From NCBI GenBank assembly GCA_013239625.1, contig MU053561.1, positions 2,031,818-2,095,817 of the forward strand: a DNA stretch of 64,000 bases. The letters run 5' to 3'. The notes beneath the pieces were generated by a model. It was given only the letters and a program-made list of their open reading frames with translations, had not been told where the DNA came from and ran no database searches. Of this stretch, positions 58,231 to 64,000 are shown piece by piece. The position numbers and the translations under genes were made by a program. Position 1 is the first letter of the stretch. Each line of letters opens with the position of its first letter. This DNA is from Lama guanicoe. Its lineage: Eukaryota.

Positions 58231-61200
58231 CAAGGTCAAGTTCTGCCACTGGCAGGCGAGAGGTGGGGAGAGGGCAGTAAGCTCACGCCACAAACCCACG
58301 TGTACACGGGGATGGCCAGGTCTTGCTGCTAACAAAGTGACCCTTTCTAAAACAGCAAATTTTATTGGTCTTATCCGAAAAAAAAGGAGAAAGCTACACT
58401 CTGCTCACTACGTGACTATGACACCTTATCTTCCCATCGCCCCTTGTCCCCACCACACATGCACACATGCCAAAGGCAGCAACGCTTGAGTCAAGCACCC
58501 TTTACTGCCTGCTTGAGTGCAGACTCCAGGCGAGCAAAGGTACGGGTCCGTGTTCGGAGCATAGAGGGGCCCTTCAGAGAGGCACCGAGAAGGCCGCTCA
58601 CTGGCCACAGTGTGGGAACCCCAGCTGTCCAAGGGGAGGCACGCACACCGGCTGTGTCACAACACAAGCACTTTACTATCCTTGCCCACAGCCTTGTGCC
58701 ACTGGGGTTCATTTACCACTTCCTCAGAAGCTCTGGCAGGCACTGACAAGTGCAGAGCCCTCCAGGGGCTCTTCACGTAGAGCTGGTCGCAGCCAGGGGA
58801 CGCCAAATGTGACTAGATGTTTGGCCAGGTGCCCGAACATGAGCCACCAAACTATGTGACTGCATCCCACAAAGCAGCGAGACAGTGCTGCAAGGGCTTC
58901 ACCGGGACTGACTCACCCGATCCCGATGACTATCGTCCCTACTTCATGGGCAGGGAAACTGGGGAGCAAAGGGGATACGTGCTTTATTAACGGTCCAAGG
59001 ATGCGCTGCTGTAAGTGGCAGAAATGGGCCTCAGGAGGCTTCCTAAGAGGTGGACAGCCCGCATGCATGTGCTGGGGTGGTGGCAGGGCTTCGAAGGTAA
59101 ACTGGGTGCTCAGGAGTTGTAGGAAGGAGATGGCAGTAAGAGGAGAGAAAAAGAGAAGAAAGGTATGAAGGTTTGTTCTGAGATGGCGGGAAAGAAGTCA
59201 GCTAGATGTGCGAAGGCCCCCTGTGTGGAGTAAGGCCAGAGGGCAAGTGCCGAAAGCAAAGCAGAAGCAGCTGGAACTAAAGTATCTACAACTGATGGGA
59301 CAGAAACTGTCACCACCCCCCCACCAGCCAACAAAACCATCATGGACGTGGGGGTGTATCCAGCCTGGTGGGAACCACCAGAATTGCACGTGATTCAGCA
59401 CAGACACGCTAACACTTATGCGGATGCTTGTTGTAAAGGAACAAGGGCTGAGAGAGGAAAGCCAGGGTCCTCACTCGTGATGGAGCTCTGGGCAGCGGTG
59501 GTTTCAGAGAAGGCAAGTCGGGAAGGCAGAGAGAAGCCAGAGTGGAGGAGCTGGGATGGTCAGCTTGCTAGACGAGCAGACAAGCATTAGGAGGAAAAAA
59601 TAATGGTACAGGAGGGAACGTTTAAGAATGGGCTGGCCCTGATCTGGGTCTGCAACCAAGGCACGTGCCCTGCTCACGGGCTAAAGGAACGGCTGCTGGG
59701 ATTCGCGCTGGTGGCTGGAAGATCAGGAGTGTGAATCTGCTGACGAAGCCAACGGAACAGGACACCCCTGCAGACAAGAGGGCACTTTTATCAGATCTAA
59801 GAAACAGACAACCCAACTGGAGCTGCAGAGGGAAGGAAGGTAAGTTTGCAAGAAGTGGTTAGGATCCCAAGGGCTGGCACAGGAAGGAGAGCTGGAACAG
59901 ACCTGAAAACAGAAACAGCCTGGAACAGCCTGACCGACACATGCACGTGGAACCTGAGACTGGACACCTGTCCCTTTTCCCACCTGCTTGTGGTCTGAAC
60001 CTTGAGATTCTTTCGTCCTCGAGAGCGCGCCAAGCGCTTGGAATGACCACAGACTTGATACATGCAGAAACAGATTAGTAGTCAGAAAGGAGAAAAAGCA
60101 GGGTCAACACGGATTCAGCCTTCTGCAGAGACATCCTCCCTTACTCCTTGAATTCCTAGGGGGGTGAGGGCCGGAGTTATCTAGGTCCAGGGGGCAGCCT
60201 GAGCCAGTCTTCCGTCCGCCAGCTGCCAGCCCCTCAGTGGGGCCCCAGGCCCACCTGGGAGGAGGCCACATTCTGGAGGAGGAGCAGACTCCTCCACTGC
60301 CCCCAAACACACTGCAAGGTTACAGATAACCAAGATGCACACCTGGGTTTAACGTACACGGAGTTAAGAGTTTAGACTAGTAGGCAACCCAAAGCAACAG
60401 AACCAGATAAAATAAAGCCTTGTTTATTAAAAGAACACTAAAATATATTGTTAACATTTCCCCAAAAGTTGTGTTTACAGTTGCCCAAACACCCACAAAC
60501 ACACTATCTCAGTTCAAAGGAGTCCGCGCCACATACCACAAAGCTGTGCCCAGGGAACAGTCTCTGGGCCAGTGACACCAGCCCCGCAGGTGGTTTTTTC
60601 TCACTCTGCTCATTCAGCCGGAGGCCTCAATCCGTTTTCTCGGGGTTACCAGCATCCTCCTAGCCATTTAACACTGATGTTTACTAGAGTCAAAAAATTT
60701 AGTTCGATTCCCACAGCAACTGGGATGCTGCCCGGGGCTTCTCACAAGGTCTCACTCCCCACTGATGCCAACATACAGTCTTCATGGTTATCAGCGGCAG
60801 GGCCCCGCCCACAGACACCGCCCGCCCCGTGAGGACTCCAAACAGTTTAAAGTGCTTCCCCGTCTTTCAAAATAGGATGCTTGAGCAAGTGTGGCTGGAG
60901 AGATAACACAGGGAGAACTCATGCTGTGGCTGCAAAACAGCATGAAACAGAATCAAAACACTGGCCCAGATGTTATAACAGGGACACCACAGAAGTTCAA
61001 GTGCTTAAAAGAATATCCTGAATTGTTGCAAATGTAAATATTAACAAGGCCAGAACACAGATATCTTTGGATGGGAGCAAGGTATGGGAGCCTTGATTTT
61101 TCCAAGGTGTCAGCACGATTAAATGCGACATGTACAACTTGAACTGGAAATATTCCTTGTTGCTACTGGGTACCTCATTTCCTCCCATCAAATGCCTCTT

Positions 61201-62532
61201 TCTAAATCAGAGATGTGACTGGTCTGAACTCATTTAAAGAGATCCCCAGGGCCGGCCCTACAGGCTGACCAGGCCGAGAAAAACAGGACGATTCCTAGGA
61301 GGCTTTGTTGTAAGGACGAACAAGTTTACACACAATCCACGGGGTTTAAGGGTTTTTTTTTTTATCAAGGGTTGCATCCACGAGCTACCTTACCAATTAA
61401 CTCTCCAGTTTAGAGCTTTCAATAGTTGTCAGCTGTCCAAAATGAGGACCTCAGTCAGCTAAAAGCTGCATCTCGTCACCAGCAGCATCCCTGGGCCTCA
61501 TCAGGAAAGGGACAAGCAACTCTTAGTTGCTCAGATGCAGCACCTCTCCTCCTCCCCTGGACATGCACACACTTCCTTCGCCGACACCTAAGCATGAGCT
61601 GCCTCCATTTCAGTGAGGATGCTAGTTACGCATACAGTTTCAGTTTTGCATAGCTCTTTTCCTGCAGAGTTAACTGTCACATAGCAGGTACCTGACCTGC
61701 AGGTACTGAGCAAGGCGGCAGCCTGAGTGAACATCACCAGGCTCAATGGTTCCTCTGACAACAGCACAAATACTACTAAAAACAGAAACTTGGGTGGGAG
61801 GGCAGAGGACGGAGGGTCAGCAGTGGTATTAAAGGGAAGGAGTGAGACCATGGGATGGTACCTACTTCTGTACTAACCACACCTGCGGTGGCCAACTCAC
61901 CTTGTCTTTGGTGTCCCTACCTGCCGGAGCCAGACAAGACACGCATACGGCGCACTGGGATGATCATCACTAAAGTAGCATTTACCGAGTCACGTGCTGT
62001 TGCCATCAGGCTTCTCACACACATCTTTTACTTGAAAGTTATTTCCTCTGGCATTTTCAAACTTTAATTATTGATAAATTTTATTTGTTGATAAATTGTT
62101 GGAGTTCTGGTCCCCTGCCAGTCTCAGAAGATTTTATCTGCAGTTCTTGGAAATCCTATTACCTTATGATTATTCTCTAAGAACTACAGAAAAACAAAAG
62201 AATGAGCTGGACTAGGACTCAAACATCCTGTGTTGTAGTGTCAGGTCTGACTCACATGGTGAATGATTAGCAGCAAGCTGGCCCCAGTGACTGAACTTCT
62301 TTTCGTTCTTTCAGATACCTGAGTGTCTACAATGTTCCGAGCATCCTTCGAGGAGCTGAGGAACCATCCAGCAAGAGACCAAGTTCTGCAACAGCAGAGA
62401 ACAAGATCTCTACTACTGCAGAGCTTAGATCCTAGTTCACACTCTCTGTCCAAAACTTCCGTGTTAACTGTGGTCTCCCACACCAGGAGAATCAGGATTG
62501 GAGAGTGAAACATTTTTGCAGATGGGCTAGAC

Positions 62533-62814
62533 CAGCACCACCCCATACTGTTCCCACAAGTTGTTGAGCCCTTGAAATGGGCAAGTCCAGACTGAGATGT
62601 GCCATGGATGACTGGAAGATGCAAACTGGATTTTAAGGACTCCATATGTAGAGAAGAAGTAAAATAACTCAGTAATGTTTTTCTATTGATTACAGGTTAA
62701 AATTATAATATTTGATATGGGTTAAATAAAATTATTTTCACCTGTTTATTTTTTACTTTTCAATGTGAATACTAGAAACTGAATTATGACTCATATTTCT
62801 ATTGGACAGCACTG
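62533..62814. mobile_element. MER33-like hAT-Charlie MITE
   Basis: TTGAGCCCTTGAAATGGGCAAGTCCAGACTGAGATGTGC...ATTGATTACAGGTTAAAATTATAATATTTGATATGGGTTAAATAAAA...ATATTTCTATTGGACAGCACTG. Confidence 0.75.
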
Positions 62815-64000
62815 GCCTATTGTTGTCATTACCATGAAGAAATGGAAGAGGCAGAGGTGCGTCCAGGACCAGAACCCAGGTGTCCTGACAACTAAAGCAG
62901 CCTCAGAGGTTGGGAGGAGACAAGTGTCAAGACCACAAAGGGCCTGGGCATGGGAGACAGAAGCAGTGTTGGTGCCCCACCCAACAACCGAAGGCTGGCA
63001 CCTGAACACACAGCAGGTGCTCAGTGCGTGCCCACTTCATCTCTGCTCTGGGACCAGCACTCTTCCCGGGACGGGCTGAGTGCGCGCACAGCCGGCCAGC
63101 TGCAGTGTCCTAATGCCCACACTTCTTCAGTCATCACAGGCACAGGACAGGGACAAACCGGGTGTGTTTGGGGGTAAGGAGCAGGCAGCCAGGCGAGGTG
63201 GAGGATTACCCCTTCTCCCATCCCAGTAAGCTCTGCACAAGGTGAGAGAAGCTTATGGTAACACGAGAGGGTGGGAGCAGTTCAAGATTCATGGGTAATT
63301 TTCTCAGAATGTGTTTACAGGAAGTGAATACAGAGACAGATACGGATGTTTCTGTGCTCATCAAATGCAAGATTTTTTTAAAAACTAGAAAATAAGGGAC
63401 AAGGCAGGAGTGCAAAGCAGTACTGATGAGAAGAGGTATAGGATAAGGGGGTCCCCAGATGGATAAGATCAGAAGCCTTTGAGAAGGGTTCAAAGCTGGA
63501 TCGAAACACAGTTTGGTGAGGAGAGATAAGTGTTCACTTGTTCAAGTATTTGTGCATCTGGGAGGCAAGGGAGGGCAGTTAGGAAGGGAGGTCTAAAATG
63601 AAGAGAAGGCAGAAAGGTTCAGGTCCCCAAAAGGAGTGCATCTTCCGAGGGGGGCAGGTCCTTGAGCTCTTAAGGTGTGCTGGAGGGGCAGGATGGAGAA
63701 CTGGCCAGGGCAGGGGAGGTGCTCCACTCCGCATCCAGCTCCGATGAGCTGCTGTCTGCAGCCTGAAACCAGGTCAGCGATGGCGATGGGAAACAAAACG
63801 CTAAAAAGAGGAAGACTCAGCAGAACTGGCAGGAGTGAATGGGGAGAGAGAAAGGCTGAGTGCGCTGTGTGAGGCTGGTGCTGGGGTGGAAGGCAGGGTG
63901 GGATGAGCTGGGAGGGAGGGTCTGGAGGTCACCCTGAGGACTTCCAGCTGTCGCCCAATGGGTCCGCATTGCCCCTCTGGCTCCAAACCTACACCCCAGA

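Larger units (their letters stand above)
51829..64000 (-). other. TENT5C: TENT5C intron 1 (partial; exon 1 and promoter outside window)
   Basis: Upstream of the acceptor there is no coding signal and no CpG island before the window ends. Mammalian TENT5C has a non-coding first exon separated by a long intron. Confidence 0.75.

Noticed and set aside
1..64000. CRISPR array, operon, defence system or other novel multi-gene system
   Set aside because: The sequence is mammalian with one spliced gene. There is no regularly spaced repeat-spacer array, no gene cluster, and no intact transposase, reverse transcriptase or viral ORF.

Overview
Mammalian genomic DNA, most likely camelid (alpaca, llama or camel), inferred from five tRNA-Ala-derived SINEs of the Vic-1 type and cetartiodactyl-type L1 3' ends. 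The only supportable gene is TENT5C (FAM46C), a non-canonical cytoplasmic poly(A) polymerase, on the minus strand. Its whole 391-aa CDS lies in one exon (50629-51804), preceded by a clear splice acceptor at 51829/51828 and followed by a ~4.3-kb 3' UTR ending at tandem AATAAA signals near 46343-46369. Bases 51829-64000 are intron; exon 1 and the promoter lie beyond the right edge. Bases 1-46300 are gene-free downstream sequence filled with SINE, L1, L2, MIR, MaLR and hAT relics, with a few motif clusters that could be enhancers. The hundreds of short ORFs are noise. I found no evidence of a new multi-gene or prokaryote-style system. The most promising leads are regulatory: a candidate alternative-polyadenylation switch with a Pumilio element, an ISRE-like motif on the splice acceptor, B-cell or erythroid motif clusters downstream, and nested retroelement insertions. 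Repeat family names come from recalled consensus sequences, and old-repeat boundaries are approximate.
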